Origin: Psammoneis japonica
Lineage: Eukaryota
NCBI GenBank assembly: GCA_008632985.1
Contig: QPGO01000003.1
Coordinates: 558,001-622,000 of the forward strand
Direction: 5' to 3'
DNA length: 64,000 nt
Position 1 is the first letter of the stretch, and each line of letters begins with the position of its first letter. A model generated the notes under the pieces. The model saw nothing but the letters and a program-made list of their open reading frames with translations, ran no database searches and had not been told where the DNA came from. Positions 62,553-64,000 of the stretch are shown here, piece after piece. The position numbers were made by a program, and so were the translations under genes.

Positions 62553-64000
62553 GAGAAATGTGTGTGTGTGTGTGTAGAGACAACATATTAGTCTCGTTTT
62601 TTCCCCTTTGCAACATGGTTGCGCCGCTTTTATCCCTGCAACGAATTATTGTTTTTCATTCAAACTACTCCCTAGCTTGAGTCTTTCTTTTTTCTATGCT
62701 GATCCTTGAAGCAAAAATGAATTATCTTTTAGGGATCAGTGTTCACCGCCCGCCATCTACACGTTCTCAATCACACGTTCCTTTTCTTCCAAGATGGGTA
62801 CGAATAATCTGGAGACGCTCATCGTTTTGCAAAGGGACAAAGTATAGATTTCTTCTCGTTTTGCGTACAAGCAAATCTTGCCGAACGTGCTCTATTGTGC
62901 GATGATAAGCTCTCTGCTTTAGGCTTTAGATGCAAGCATGAGTCGAATCATATTATTTGAACGCCTCCTCAAGTCAAATTAGTACCACCTTTGCCATTGA
63001 GATCAGCGATTGTTCTGGTCACTCACACATCAAACTTCTTGAACCGGTGGATGCAAAACCTAAAGAGAATAAAAAGAAGTAAAACATTAGAAGCGAATTG
63101 CATGGCATTGATTTGAACAGGTGCGTCATACAGCCAAAACGCAATGAATGCACCGGCAGCAGAAAAATGCCTTTCGAAAAAGCACAGCCCTTATTGTCGA
63201 ATCATCGCATCCGCAAGTCCAATAAACGCTCGAATGAACCGGAGCTGACGAAACAACAATCGACAAGCATCAGCCAAGCGTCAAGCGTTGATTGTTGATT
63301 GAGCACAGCACACAACACCAGGCAGCGACCAAAGATGGCACATACCAAACACCACAAATACAGCATTTTGATACTGTACGTACAGTGCCGTACAATGGGA
63401 TGCAACAATACAGTATTACGTCCAACGTCCAGTCGATCGATTGAATTGTTGAGGATGTTTTTTTTGGGAGTGTGACATCAGAAGTCCAGATCTAGATCAC
63501 GGTGAATGCCGCGTTAAAAATCACTATGAGAGTTTGTGAGCTAGATTGTTATATTAATGTGCCAAGGAGCATACCGCGTAAGACTTCCGATACTGATGTA
63601 ATATTATTTAAGTCCCTGCCAAGTCCCTGCCAGTAGACACGCAAGGTGCGCCATACGATATTAAGAATATCAGGTCCAGTATGGAAATACTGTGGTTTCA
63701 CAATACGATTAAGTATTGCCCTCTAAAAAGTCTCACGAAATCCCCTTTACGTTTCCAGTCATTTTTATCCTGGTCGGACATCTTATGCTTTAACATTTTC
63801 CACATAATTGTTGAGTGCGTCGAAGAAAAAATTGGCAAATGTAACTTAATTTGCGATACTCATCGGTAAAAGCCATGGTACTATAGATTTATGCCGGATG
63901 AAGATGTGTCTTTTCTACGAAATATGTAGTACGGTCAGTATGAAGGAAAAAATTCTGATACCACAGAAGTCGTACTTAACGGCCCTTTAAGTGCCAATAT

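Noticed and set aside
62600..64000. Short ORFs at the window end
   Set aside because: No recognisable domains or splice structure; treated as intergenic.

Overview
Eukaryotic DNA, most likely a diatom (short 80-140 nt introns, diatom-type histone genes, CoDi-like copia and Ambal-like LINE). Ordinary gene islands encode a Kelch protein, a divergent H4/H3 pair, PDAT, a multi-Myb protein, a fatty acyl reductase-like protein, a cytochrome b5-fused desaturase, a sulfotransferase, Tam41, a GT90, and WW and PH proteins. These islands alternate with sharply bounded repeat blocks (about 1-1400, 11780-15235, 16930-47640 and 51345-53650) holding decayed copia, LINE, DIRS/Ngaro-like and Plavaka-like elements. 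The standout signal is that the repeat blocks have lost almost all TpA dinucleotides, apparently through TpA->TpG/CpA transitions. Conserved Tyr codons read as Cys or His, and a 532-aa pol ORF has no Tyr at all. TpA loss also occurs where CpG is still retained, so this looks like a repeat-targeted A:T->G:C hypermutation running opposite to fungal RIP and distinct from ordinary 5mC decay. Other notable items are an identical histone 3' stem-loop plus a fixed-distance downstream element on both H3 and H4, a possible FAR/desaturase/sulfotransferase lipid cluster split by the TE block, two MITE-like elements, TAG-rich palindromic scars and a GC-AG intron. All calls are by eye; no database search was run.
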